From: Lama guanicoe
Taxonomy: Eukaryota
Assembly: GCA_013239625.1 (NCBI GenBank)
Contig: MU053758.1
Location: 1,550,001 to 1,614,000, forward strand
Reading direction: 5' to 3'
DNA length: 64,000 bases
Each line of letters begins with the position of its first letter. Position 1 is the first letter of the stretch. Under the pieces are notes generated by a model that was not told where the DNA came from, did no database searches, and worked only from the letters and a program-made list of their open reading frames with translations. Below, in pieces: positions 50,972 to 63,102 of the stretch. The position numbers and the translations under genes are program-made.

Positions 50972-53532
50972 GTACGCCCTGTGCCCTGCCGGCCTGGCCT
51001 CAGCGAGCTTTTGGGGGTGGGGGGATTCCTTTGTACTGTCCTCTCCAGGGCGCTACTGTGGTCTGGGAAGAGGGTCACTGGAAGGCGGGACAGCCCTGGC
51101 TGGGCCATTTGCATGGTGTGATCATGGACAAGCCCCCTCCCTGCTCTGGGCTCAGCCTTCTCAGGAGCAGGGGCACGTGGCTGGCTGGGGCAAGGAGCTA
51201 GAGGTGGGGGAGCCAGGGTGCTGACCCCCACCCTGGACTCTGGAAGGTGAACAACTTCCTGGAGAGATGGAGTTCTGGGGGCCACCTGTCTGCTGGCCAC
51301 TTCTGAGCTGGATTTCTTGGTCACTCTCCCCTGGGAGAAGGTGGAAGGGTCAGGAAGGAGGCCTGAGTTCTCAGGAAGTCTGTCCTCACACACCCTTGGG
51401 ACCGCTCCTGGAGCACCCCAGGCTCAGGCTGGCCTTGCTCTGTGCCCTGGAAAGAGCCCTGGGCTGGGCTGGAGCCCCGGGTTCTAGTCCTGGTACAACT
51501 CCTAACTCACTGTGGGTCTTGGGGTGGCCTCACTCTCCCTGGGCTCCATTGCTCCTGCTGTCACCTGAGGGCATTTATCTATTTGACCCTTAAGAGTCCT
51601 TCCAGCCCTAATGTAAATATTAAGTTCTTTGAGTCCAGGAACCAGGGCTGTTCAGCCCAAGCCATGGAATGAGCTGGAGGAGGGGGTCCCTGACAGTGAA
51701 GTAGGTGTGCAGGAAGACATGAGGAGGGCAGGCACCAGGGCTCCCCAAGAGGGCCCAGCTCCCTTCCCCCACCTCTCTCCCAGCAGGAGAGGGAGAAAGA
51801 TTTATTTTGGAGTCTATGAACCTGTTTCTCCCCTCCCCCAGGGCTGGGACCAGGCTGCACAGCTGTTGGGGGACTCTCCCTTGGGGAGCTTAGTCCCACC
51901 TGCCAGAGAATCAAGAATCTCTGCCCGTGTCTGTGTGCTTGCACGTGTCTCTTTGTATGCACACGTGCGTGCATGGTATGCTAGTCATGTCCAAGCACGG
52001 GTGTCTATCTAGACGTGTGCATAGGGGTGTCAGTATATACGCTTCATGTGTACATGTCGCTGTGCAGCTCTTCCACCCATGTCTGAATCTGGGGGCCCCT
52101 GCATAAACTCTTCTCCTTGGGTGCAGCTTTGCCTAAGGGTGTAAGTGGGGGCTGAAGATGTTTGGGAGCAGTGCCTCACTCCTTATGCCCAAGGACAGCA
52201 GCCCCCTGTTCCCTGGACCCTTCCAGTCCTTCCTTCCCCCCTTCTCCAGAATGCCCCTCCTTCCTGACCCTTCCACCTTCTCTCAGGGGAGGGTGACCAG
52301 GGCAGAAGCAGCCTGAGCGGTCTAGGCTGGGTGGGGAACCTGGCTCAGAGAGACATCGCTCACATGGGGCACTGGAAGACCCAGGGGCAGGGCAAGCCAG
52401 GGATGAGCTCCATCCCTTTCCAGAACCTGCCCAGGGCTGGGAGCCTGCAGGGAGCTCAGCCGTCTAGATGCATCTGTCTGCCTCTGCCACCCGCTCACTG
52501 TGCTGTCAGCTCACATCAGCGGGCAGCACCCCTCATGGGAGGGCAGGCCCAGAGGGACCGCTCTCCAGCAGAGCCCAGCAGCCTTCCGGTCCTGGCTGTG
52601 GTGCCCAGGAGTCCTGGGTTCCAAGCACTGGCTTTGCTACTGTCTCTGAGTGGCCCCGGACAAGTCACACCCTGTCATCTGTTAAATGGGTGATCTTTGG
52701 AGACCATTAGACAAGATAACCCCAAAGGTCTTATCTGGCTCTAAAATGCCACAGCCTGCTGCCCCATCCCCTCCCCACCAGGATGATCCCAAAGGCCTCC
52801 CTAGTGGGTCTCCTCGACTCCATTCTTAGCCCTGCACCTCGATGCCAGAATCCTCTTCACTAACTGGTATTTTCACGTCCACTCTCTCCCACTCAAGAAC
52901 CTTCACTGGCTCCTTCTTTTTCTCCTATCAAACCTGAAAGCTTTAGTCTGACTTTTGTCCCTTGTTGGTGTTGACTCCTTTCTCCTTCAGCTCAGCTGAC
53001 CCAGTCCTCCGTGAGCTTGTGTATTTCTGCCACCCAGGGCCTCCACACTCCCCTCGCCTCACCCAGGACACCTTCTCCCAGCCATCCTCAAACTTGCCTT
53101 AAAATCCCCTCCCCCCGAGGGACGCTAATCAGGCCTTCCCTCCCCATTCTCTCGGGGCTGATAGCCACTGTTTGCACTTGTCTTGCCTGCTTATCTGTGT
53201 CTGCCTGGGTTCTGTCTGTGCTAGTGTGTTTGGTCTCTTCCCAACTGGGCTTCGAGCTCCCCAAGAAAAGGGGTCGGGAGTCCCCCATTGGATTGGGGGT
53301 TTTCAGGTGGCTGAGATGCTGACAGGCATGAGAGAGGGCTGCAGTTCTTGGGGAACCTTGCCTGGGACTTGACCCCCTCTCGTCAACACCCCTCCCACCC
53401 CCTCTGGCTGCAGGGCTAGCGAAGGATGATAAGAGGGGAGGCTGCTGGGTGGGGGAACTTGAGGGGCCCACCCAGGAGGAGCTGGGCCTCCCTCTGTGCT
53501 GCTGAGGGCCCACGTCCCTCTCTTTCCCGCAG

Positions 53533-53560
53533 GAGGAAGAGAATGGAGGCAGAGGAGGAG
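53533..53560 (+). CDS. ARHGAP23: ARHGAP23 coding exon 3 (28-nt micro-exon)
   Basis: Acceptor ctctctttcccgcAG, encodes EEENGGRGG(G), donor GAG|GTAAGG. It is required to join phase 0 to phase 1. Confidence 0.9.
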
Positions 53561-54686
53561 GTAAGGAGTGGCTGGGTGGGGGTGGGGTGGGGTGGCTGGA
53601 CACCAGGGGCTTGGGCCCATCTGGGACTTGCCCTATGGCTTCTATGTCTCTCCCTGTCCACCACATCGGCCTGGATTCTGCTGCACCCCGACCCTTGACG
53701 GCTGCTCTTGTCTTTGCTTTTCCCTGCGTGTCCACTCTGGACATCTGCTCACTCTGTCCTTTTCTCACATTTGTTTTCCCCTGGGCCTGTTCATTCTGAG
53801 CTAGGGATGGCGTTCTGGGAGTGGATGGGTTAGTTTCTAAGGCCCTCCCAGCCTCGATGGAGGCACAAGCAGGGTCTGCAGAGCCTAGGGGCTGGTGGTT
53901 GTGCACCGCTGATCAAGGGCTGTCCTTGGGGTTAGAGACACTGGGGTTCTCAGGCATAAGGGGGGACTCTCAGATGTGAGTCTAACTCCCCTGGCTGTCA
54001 CCCTTACTCTCCCAGAGGGCCCCCTCCTGGCACCCAGGCTCCCCTGGGTATTCAAGCAGACCTTCTTACACAGGCAGACATCCTTCTCTGCCACTGGGGC
54101 ATCTGCTGACAACCATGGGGACACTGTCTTCCTGAATCCCCATAGCAGAGGCCCGTGGTGTAGGAGAAGCCAGCAGACCTAGGACAGGCCCATTTCTCAG
54201 ATGGGGACAGCAGCAGAGCTGGGGTGGCATGTGATGTCACGAAGGGACAAGTGCCTGTCCCAGTATCCTCAGGCCTCTGGGTGGAGCCCCTTGACCCTGG
54301 GGAAGGGAGTGGGGTGGCCGGTGCAGCTGTCTCTCCCTGCTGTGTATCTTCAGGACTTTTAGGACATCCTTCCTTGTCTTGTGACTTGTGTGTGTGCATC
54401 TGTCTGTCTGTCTCACTAGACAGTGAGCTTGGGACGGGCAAGGGCCACGTCTGACTACTTTCTAGCACAGTGCCGGGATGCAGAAGCCATTGAAGGAGTG
54501 ACTCTGTGTCCCTGTAGATATTCATTCTCCCAGCCGTGTGCTTTTGTCTGATCCTGTGCATCCATGTCTGTGTTTGTGTCCGTGTGAGTGCGATTGTTTT
54601 CTGAGCGCGTGTCCCCTGTGTGTGTAGCTGTGCATGGGTGTGACCTTCAGCAGCCACCCCCAGCTAACCTGGCTGATGCTCACCAG

Positions 54687-54782
54687 GACCCTCCCCTCGG
54701 CACCGCCTGGAGCCCATGGATACCATCTTTGTCAAGAATGTGAAGGATGATGGCCCTGCCCATAGGGCAGGGCTTCGCACAG
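54687..54782 (+). CDS. ARHGAP23: ARHGAP23 coding exon 4 (PDZ)
   Basis: caccAG|GA CCC. Encodes [31 protein letters not shown](G). Donor CAG|GTGAGC. Confidence 0.93.
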
Positions 54783-54982
54783 GTGAGCCGTGCCAGTTAC
54801 CTGGCTCCTCGGACCCCTCTGGATCTCTTCTCTGTACCCTTTGGTTAGGAGGGAATTCTGGGATCCGGGTGTCGGGGAAGCTCACGTCCCCCATTGTCAT
54901 CCGTATGTGGTGCAGGGGTTCTCAGGTGGGGCCATTGACACCCTTTGGCCGGCTCACCTGTGGCCCTGTCCCTTGTCCCCAG

Positions 54983-55061
54983 GAGATCGGCTGGTGAAGG
55001 TGAATGGGGAGAGTGTCATCGGGAAGACCTACTCCCAGGTCATAGCTCTGATCCAGAATAG
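54983..55061 (+). CDS. ARHGAP23: ARHGAP23 coding exon 5 (PDZ)
   Basis: Acceptor ccttgtccccAG. Encodes [25 protein letters not shown](S). Donor TAG|GTGAGC. Confidence 0.95.
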
Positions 55062-55225
55062 GTGAGCGCCCCTGCCTCCTCTCTCCCTCGGGAGCCCCCA
55101 GCCCGCTCCCGAGTGCCTGCACACCCCACCCCCTTGCCCCTGGTGGTGTCCTGGGCGACCAGGATCCCTGTTCTCCCAGACCCTGTTGCCTCAGCCTGGC
55201 CTGACCCCCTGCCCTGTCTCTGTAG

Positions 55226-55280
55226 CGATGATACGCTGGAACTCTCCATCATGCCCAAGGACGAGGACATCCTCCAGCTG
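55226..55280 (+). CDS. ARHGAP23: ARHGAP23 coding exon 6 (PDZ end)
   Basis: Acceptor ctgtctctgtAG. Encodes DDTLELSIMPKDEDILQL. Donor CTG|GTGAGT. Confidence 0.95.
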
Positions 55281-57379
55281 GTGAGTCCTGCCCTGCTGTC
55301 TGAGGTGGAGGACCCTGGGTGCTGTGGGCAGGATACAGCCCTTCTCCTTGGGCCTCCCTCCTGTGTCAGCCCCTCTGGGAGGCAGAGAAGAGAGTGTAGG
55401 GGGCAGCACCCACCCAGCATTGCCCAACAAGGAATGCCAGGCCCATTCCTGGGCTGGGGCTGCTTGTTGCTTCATTCAGGGCTGTGCTGTCCTGAGGGAG
55501 GGGGGTGCGCTGGCCTTGGCCGGCAGGATTCCTGCCAGGGTATCGGGAAGGAGGGTGGCCCAGCGGGCCCTGCCAGACTGGCACGTTCCTGTGGCTCCCA
55601 AGAGATGCCTGTTCCCTGCTCCCCTCCCTGCCTGGCCAAGAGTGAGCGTGTCTCCTGTAGATGTGTCCCCATACATGCACACACGCTCGCGCACACACAC
55701 GACACTCCCCACCCCACTATCATGTGCTTCCATTCACACAACATACCACAGACCACCCGATGCACAAGCAGAGCACACTAGATACACAGCCACACAACAC
55801 AACCTGCAGCCCCACCCTTCGTCTAGCATAAAACACACCGTAGGGTGTGATAATGCACACAGCACACCGGACACACCACACCAGGCACATGCCACCATCC
55901 ATAGCACCCCTCAGTGCTGCACACAGGCACACACTACCCCACACACATCACAGAGCACCACAAACATCAAAACTGCACATCACACTCCTCAGCTTCTCAA
56001 ATTCCTGCAACGCCACACACCTACACCCGGTTGTCTTACCACCACGACACGAACACTTATGACCTCACAAATGCTTGCTGTTGTCAGAGCACGAATGCCC
56101 ACAAACATCACAGCCACGCTCACCAATGTCCCGACAACTCTGACTTACACAGTCACGATGCTCTGTGCTGACGCCCCTTCCTCCACACCTAGAACTTGGC
56201 ATTCAGCCCACCACTCACAGAGCAGGTACCACAGACGTTGCATGCAGCATTCCCTGTGCTTGCACGTGTCCCTGTTTACCCTGCACACTCTGTGTGCATG
56301 CACAAAGGGGCACACACGCGCACACACGCACACATGCTGCCTTTCTCTCTGTTTTCCCCCATCTCTGACCCAGAGCCCAGGGCAGCCCTGTCTGCCCAGT
56401 ACCCTGTCTCATGGTTGCCAGCCAGATGCCAGCTTGCTGGCCCCCAAGGTCACTGCCCCCCATGAGAGGGCTGAGGGCCAAGCCTGGGAGGCCCTGGGAG
56501 CCGCCGTGCTGGCTTCTGCCCTGGCTGTGCTCTCATAATCACTGTAATCACAGTGCCATGCTTGGCATCATGCCCCTCTGGGAACCTCCACCCTATGACC
56601 TCGATTGTCCCCTTGCCCTTCCTGGGGAGGGGTAGGCAAGGATGGGGGCCCAGAGAGATGGACAGCTCCCCCCAGGTCTCAAAGGCCCTGCCTGTACACC
56701 TCCTGGAGGCTGAGGAAGGCACGCTGTGGGAGGGGGTAACAGGGTGGAACCTAGGGCGTTGCTCGCTCTCCTGCCGGAGGGGGGCAGGGTGGGGCAGTGG
56801 CCACGGGCTCTGCGGCCCAGGCCAGGCCGCAGGCAGCGGGTGGGCAGGCAGCCCTAGATGTCAGCATCTGGGGGCCTCTGCTGGCCCCCTTCTCCCTGGC
56901 TGGCCAGAGGGTGGGGCCCAGGCATTCCTGTGGTTGGGAGCCAAGGCTGGAGGCCAATGGGGCCGAGGCAGCTGCTGACGCCACCGCCGACGCGGCGAGG
57001 CCCCTCCACACCCAGCCTCCCCTCCCTCCTCCTCCCGCCAGCCAGCGAGAGAGCCGGAGGGGGCCGAGGGCAGCGGCAGGGAGGGCAGACTGGGGCGACT
57101 GAGGCCAGGGCCTGCACGGTGGTCAGCAGGGGCCAGCAGGGGGCGGGGGGAGGGTGGAGGTGGGACAGGATGCTGCCGCCACCAGCGTGATGCAGGGAGT
57201 CCGGGGAGCCGGCAGGATGGCAGGAGGGAGAGGTACGTGAGTGTCCCTTGTGGGGCATGTGGGTCCGAAGGGGGCTGAGTATGGGGGTGTGGTTTAGCTT
57301 ATCCCTGTCACATGATGTGTGTGCCGAGGGCTAGAGGTGTAGTTATTTGTGTGTGTGTATATGTCTCATTGTGTTTCTC

Positions 57380-57404
57380 TGTGTGTGTGTGTGTGTGTGT
57401 GTGT
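57380..57404 (+). repeat. (TG)n microsatellite
   Basis: About 12 TG units within a TG-rich tract at 57310-57450. Confidence 0.9.
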
Positions 57405-58297
57405 CTGGGTGTGTATTTTCCTATGCCTCCTTGTGGCATGTGTGTGTGTTTGATTTTACCCTCCCTCTTTGATACTTCACTCTGAAATACAAACCCCGCC
57501 CCGGGCAACCCATCGAGGGCCAGGCTAGGCCAGGGCCACAAGGCCGTTGTCCCTGGGGGCCGCCTCCTTTTTTGGCCTGGCCTGGGTGCTGTCACTCCTC
57601 AGCAATGCAGCGTCAGCCTCAGCTCCCAGAGCCAAATTCCAGGCTTGGGGTGGCAGAAAGTGGCCCAAGGCCCCTCAGCCAGTCTGGCCTCTCCCGCAAG
57701 CCTGGCTCAGAGGAACAGAGGGTGGGCAAAGTTTCTCCTCACCCCAGTGGCCCAGGAGCCAGGCCCTCAGCTTCCCATCCAGAGGACAGAGGGACAGCTG
57801 GGCTCTCCCAGCCCCTCACCCACCCCCAGCCCACCCCACCCTGGACACAGCCCTGAGGCTGCTTCCTTCCCTGTCGTCTGCCACCTTGACTGGTCTCTGG
57901 TGGAGTTTCCCAGCTCCACCCTAGGGTCTCTAGTCACCACTGGACGGAAGAAGGCAGGGAGGCAGCCGAAGCCAGCATAGGGGGAGGACCCCAGAAAACA
58001 GATGTTAGAATGTTTGTGGCTAAAGGCAGTCCTTGTCATACATCTTAGAAAAATCCTGGCTCTTTCTTCAGCGAGTGTGTGTGTGAGTGAGAGAGACTCT
58101 TAAAGGCCTCATTTCTTTGTCCTCCCCACCTACTCTCTTTGGCGCGTGCCCTCTCACTCCCACCCACTTAGGACCCCCCTGCTTGGTCCTCTCCCTTCAG
58201 TCTCCTTCTCTGGAGGCCTTGACCCCCCAGGGCTGCTGCAGTCCTGCCCTGTGGGGCCCATTCAGCCCTGCTCACCTGCCTCTGTGTCCTCGGCCAG

Positions 58298-59462
58298 GCC
58301 TACTCGCAGGACGCGTACCTGAAGGGGAACGAGCCATATTCTGGAGAGGCCCGGAGCATCCCAGAGCCACCCCCAATCTGCTACCCTCGAAAGACCTACG
58401 CCCCGCCAGCCCGGGTCTCCACCTGGGCCACTATGGTGCCTGAGCCCCTCTCAGCACTGCCCAGTGACCCCCGGAGTCCAGCTGCCTGGAGTGACCCGGG
58501 ACCCCGCATCCCGTCTGCGGCCCGCAACCATCCGGACAACCCTTCCTTGGGGATGAGCCAGCCCCGCCCCAGCCCTGGTGCCTTCCCCCACCTCCCCTCG
58601 GAGCCCCGGACGCCTCGTGCCTTCCCAGAGCCTGGCAGCCGGGTGCCCCCCAGCAGACTGGAGTGCCAGCAGGCCTTGTCACACTGGCTGTCGAACCAAG
58701 TACCCCGCAGGGCGGGGGAGAGACGGTGCCCCGCCATGCCCCCTCGGGCCCGCAGTGCCTCCCAGGACCGGCTGGAGGATGTGACTGCCCACCGCCCGTG
58801 GCCCTGCTCCACCTCCCAGGGTGCCTTGAGCCAGCTGGGCCAGGAGGGCTGGCACCGTGCTCGCTCGGACGACTACTTGAGCCGGGCCACCCGCTCAGCC
58901 GAGGCGCTGGGGCCAGGGGCACTGGTGTCGCCCCGCTTCGAGCGCTGTGGCTGGGCTTCTCAGCGTCCATCTGCCCGCACCTCTGCCTGCCCACCCAGGG
59001 ACATGCCCGGGCCCCAGGCCCCACCCCCGCCTGGCCTGCAGGGCCTGGACGACATTGGGTATATCGGGTATCGGAGCTATAGCCCGTCATTCCAGCGCCG
59101 GACTGGCCTCCTGCATGCACTCTCCTTCCGGGACTCACCCTTTGGGGGGCTGCCCACTTTCAACTTGGCCCAGTCCCCTGCACTGTTCCCACCGGAGGCC
59201 TCTGAACCACCGAGAGTTGTCCGGCCAGAACCCGGCCCCCGGGCCCTGGAGCCTCCCACCGAGGATCGCCGTGATGAGGTGGTCCTGAGGCAGAAACCTC
59301 CAACGGGCCGCAAGGTCCAGCTGCCCCCTGCAAGACAGATGAACCTTGGGTTTGGTGACGAGTCCCCAGAGCCAGAGGCCAGTGGACGTGGGGAACGCCT
59401 AGGCAGGAAAGTAGCCCCTTTGGCCACTACCGAAGACTCTCTGGCTTCCATTCCCTTCATTG
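58298..59462 (+). CDS. ARHGAP23: ARHGAP23 coding exon 7 (large 1165-nt linker exon)
   Basis: tgtcctcggccAG|GCC. Encodes [34 protein letters not shown]...[11 protein letters not shown]...[12 protein letters not shown]...[10 protein letters not shown](D). Donor TTG|GTGAGT. In frame with ORF 58433-59470. Confidence 0.97.
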
Positions 59463-59579
59463 GTGAGTGATGGTGCAGGTGGCTGTCTTGGGAAACTTGG
59501 ATTTCTGTGCCCTTTTGCACGCCACCCACCTGTCACCATGGGCAAAACTCTGGGTTGGCTGCTGACGAGATTAACCCAT

Positions 59580-59830
59580 TCATCCTTCTGTCTCCCTCCC
59601 ATCCTCCTGTCATCCTTCCTCCCATTCATTTACCTTCCAGCCATCTTTCTATCCACCTTCACTTCCCCCTCCCTCCCTCTCTCCTTCCTTCTCACCTTCC
59701 CTCCCTCCTCCTTCTCCTTCCTTCCTTCCACTCTTCCATTATTCTTTCCTTCCACCCTTCCATTCTTTCTTTTTCTGTCCTTCCTTTGTTTCTTTCACTC
59801 TCTGTTCTTTCTATCCATCCCCCATCCCTT
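59580..59830. repeat. Polypyrimidine/polypurine low-complexity tract
   Basis: About 250 nt dominated by C/T units (ccttc, tcca, tttc). Confidence 0.85.
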
Positions 59831-60540
59831 CATCCATCTAACAAATTTTTATGTCAGGCACTGTGCTAGGCTGCATGCTGACCTGGAGTGGGTGGTCCCA
59901 CCATAGGGAGACAGTGAGTCAAGAACTGTTCGCTCAGAGGAGTGTGGGATAGCAGTAGGGGAAACTCCAGGAGACAGACAAGGGCTATGCCTAGACTGGG
60001 GCTTGGTGGCCAAAGAGAGAGAATCTCAGAGAAAGGAGATTTCAGCTAAGACTTGAAGGAGTTAGTCAGCAGGAGAATGCTCAGGAAGAGAGTAGAATAT
60101 GCAAAGGCCCTGATGTGAAAGAGGTAGGATGCCCTTCCAGGTCATTGGAACAGGTCTGGAGGGGACTTGTCAGTCGCTGGGGAATTTGGCCTTCATCCCG
60201 AGAGCAGAGGGGATACTGAAAATCTGCTGCCTTTAGAATAGGTGTTGGGTAAGGGACAGACAAGAGTGGAGAGGTTGGTGATTCCCAGGTTTCTGGCTTA
60301 GCTGGAGGGTGGTGCCTCATCTCTGTATTGGGAAAGAGAGGGAGTAAGGCATGAGAAGGTTTCAGGTTTGCTGAGTAAGAGGCACCCATGAGGGAGCAAG
60401 ATGAGCTGGGCTGGGTCTAGGGACTTGAAGAAAAACTGGGATGCAAGATCATGGGACTGGGAACCAGGAACCGGGACATGGTAACTGCTGCTGAGAGTGG
60501 TGAGCTCACCCTAGGGCAGCCAGGGGAGTGGCGGTGAGAG
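59830..60540 (-). mobile_element. L2 LINE remnant
   Basis: catctaacaaatttttatgtcaggcactgtgctagg...atttcagctaagacttgaagga...tgcaaaggccctga...gattcccaggtttctggctt. Boundaries approximate. Confidence 0.65.
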
Positions 60541-61027
60541 GCCAGGGCCAAGGAGAGGAGACACAGCCTGGACTCCATCAGTCAGCCTTCGGTCTAAGAG
60601 GGGAGACACAGCCTCTGTCTTAGTAAGCACCTTGTCTGAAGGCAGGAGACAAAATCTTTTGTTGCGAGATACTTCCAGTCTGAGAGGAAGACATGGTACC
60701 CACCCTCAAGGAGCCCCCCCGCTGATGAGGGAGATGGTCCTTATCCTCAAGAAGCTCCCAGTCTGGTGGGGGAGACACAGTCCGTGCCCTCAGAAGCCCT
60801 GTCTCAATGGGGTGGTTCAGCTGTATTCCTGGGTGCCCTCAGTGTGATGGGGGAGGCAGGGGCTGAGCCTCCATGATCAGTTTGGTGAGTCGGTTCCCTT
60901 GGCAGTGAGCATGTTGCCAGCAGGGCCGTGGAGGGCTTTTGGAGCCTTGGGGATGTGGTCTGGGGGTGGGGGGCATGCAGGTTCAGCCTTCTGGCACCTT
61001 CACCCATCCCTCCCTCTGCTCTCGCAG

Positions 61028-61183
61028 ACGAGCCCACCAGCCCCAGCATTGACCTCCAAGCCAAGCACGTCCCTGCTTCTGCTGTGGTCTCCAGTGCCAT
61101 GAACTCAGCCCCTGTCCTGGGCACCAGCCCGTCCTCCCCAACCTTCACCTTTGCCCTCGGCCGCCATTACTCCCAGGACTGCA
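61028..61183 (+). CDS. ARHGAP23: ARHGAP23 coding exon 8
   Basis: Acceptor ctctgctctcgcAG. Encodes [51 protein letters not shown](S). Donor GCA|GTGAGT. Confidence 0.95.
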
Positions 61184-61409
61184 GTGAGTGCTTCCCGCAA
61201 CCCCAGCCCCACCTGCTCCCTTGCTGCCTGGTCCCAGGGGTCTCTCTTGGGCCCGCTGCCTGCTGTCTAGCCTCTTCCGACTGGCTTCTGCTCCTCCTGG
61301 GGGCCCACGGGGAGAGTCACCTCCTTGCCCTGCCCAGATGGGAGGGCTTCGGGAAAGCCTGCGCCTGCTGCCCCGCTGACCGTGGGGCCCGATGTGGGCG
61401 GCTTTACAG

Positions 61410-61521
61410 GCAGCATCAAGGCCGGCCGCCGCTCCTCCTACCTGCTGGCCATCACCACGGAACGCTCCAAGTCCTGCGATGACGGGCTCAACACCTTCCG
61501 AGACGAGGGCAGGGCTCTGCG
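61410..61521 (+). CDS. ARHGAP23: ARHGAP23 coding exon 9
   Basis: Acceptor ggctttacAG. Encodes [36 protein letters not shown](R). Donor GCG|GTGAGG. Confidence 0.93.
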
Positions 61522-61635
61522 GTGAGGACCTTGGCAGCAGCGCGCTCCCTCCCCGGAGGGCCATTGAGCCTGGGGGCTTGTGGGAGGTCCTAGCTGTGCT
61601 GCCCACACCCCTCATCCTCTGTCCTCACTCTGCAG

Positions 61636-61693
61636 GCGCCTGCCGAACCGCGTACCCAGCCTGCGGATGCTTCGAAGCTTCTTCACTGATGGG
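61636..61693 (+). CDS. ARHGAP23: ARHGAP23 coding exon 10
   Basis: Acceptor cctcactctgcAG. Encodes RLPNRVPSLRMLRSFFTDG. Donor GGG|GTGAGT. Confidence 0.95.
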
Positions 61694-62046
61694 GTGAGTG
61701 GCATGTGTGCGTGGATGCGGGTGTGGGAGGGGTGGGGAGGGATGAGGACTTCAGCCGTGGAGCCCAGCCTTGGCATAGGGACACGGCCTGGGACTTCCGT
61801 GACCCGAAATGGGCCACGGCAGCTCCCATCCCCTTCCTCCGTTGTGTCACTCTATACTCAGCTTGTTTCAGCCACGTGACCCACCCTCTTCCGTGGCTTC
61901 TGTCAGCACCTAAATACACCATGAGCCCTCCCTCCCAAGGCCTGTGCACTGTCTTTCCCTCTCCCATCTCCTGTCTAGAAGACCCATTTTTGTGCCCCAC
62001 CCTAGTAGCCACATGACTCACTTTTTCACTTTCTTCAGATTTTTTT

Positions 62047-62156
62047 TAATAATTGGATTTATTTTTATTTTAGCGGAGGTACTGGGGATTGAAGCCAGAA
62101 CCCTGTACATGCTAAGCATGTGCTCTACCACTGAGCTATACCACCTGCCTGCCTCA
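62047..62156 (-). mobile_element. vic-1-like tRNA-derived SINE
   Basis: The reverse strand reads GGTATAGCTCAGTGGTAGAGCACATGCTTAGCATGTACAGGGTTCTGGCTTCAATCCCCAGTACCTCC plus an A-rich tail. Direct repeats TCAGATTTTTTT near 62035 and 62157. Confidence 0.85.
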
Positions 62157-63102
62157 TCAGATTTTTTTAGCCTTCCCTATAATTTCAGACTTCACCCCTG
62201 AAATTTCCCGCCTCCCTTCACTACTTTCTTTTCCTCCTAGCACGTCTCATGTTATACTGTTTATGCATCCATCTCCTTTCTTGCCTGTCTCACCAGCTAG
62301 AATGTCAGCTCCATGAGGGCAGGGACTTCATTTGTTTGTTCGCGGCTTGACCCCTCTGGGTACCTAAAACAGTGCCTGCACTGGGGAGGCCCTGGGTCAG
62401 TATTTGTGTTGTGTCATCAGGGGACAGGGGACACACTGGAAAAGGAGGAACATAGGGTTGAGAGTGATGGCCTCTCCATTAGTGTCCAGCCTCAGGACCT
62501 GGGGAGACACAGGATCAGTTCTGAAATGGCCTGAAGTATTTTTGATTATGGATGGGCTGGAAAAGTCATCTTGATTTCAAGCTCTTGATATCTTTGGTTC
62601 ATTTAACACCTGGATACTGTCACTTGGGTTATTCCTTATCATTTCCTCTGCTTACTCAACTCTCCTTGACCTTCATCTCTATTGTTGGAGTCCTGCTGAC
62701 ACTCTCACTTCCTCTGTTTAACTCCTTGTGGACATGACAACGGCTCCACTAACTCAGTCTTTGTTGATAGTCCCACTTCCCCTGTTTATGTAACTTCATG
62801 TGGACACAGTCACTTCCTCTGTTTCCTTAATTCCTTCAAGTCTATAAACTTAAGCGTGGTGAGGCATGTGGTCTGCAGGTCATAGCTTTTCCTCCTTTCT
62901 GGCTTCCCATTACATCTGTCTGTCTCATGACCTCAACACAAGTGGTTCAGAGAGGGCAAGCAAGGCCCATGAGGCCACACAGCACAGCAGAGTGTCGCAC
63001 AGGCATACGCCAGGCCTGTGTGGCTGCAAGTGTTCCATGGGGCTTCTGAGATGCTGGTACTGTGGGAGCCACCCTAAATTTCCCTCTGTTGTCTCTCTGC
63101 AG

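Noticed and set aside
55324..56538. 404-aa plus-strand ORF rich in His/Thr
   Set aside because: It is the translation of a degenerate CA-rich low-complexity intronic tract, with a GTG start and no domain or splice support.
60550..62835. Spaced short direct repeats superficially like a CRISPR array
   Set aside because: Mammalian intron, degenerate units, irregular spacing and no cas genes. Treated as minisatellite-like duplications.
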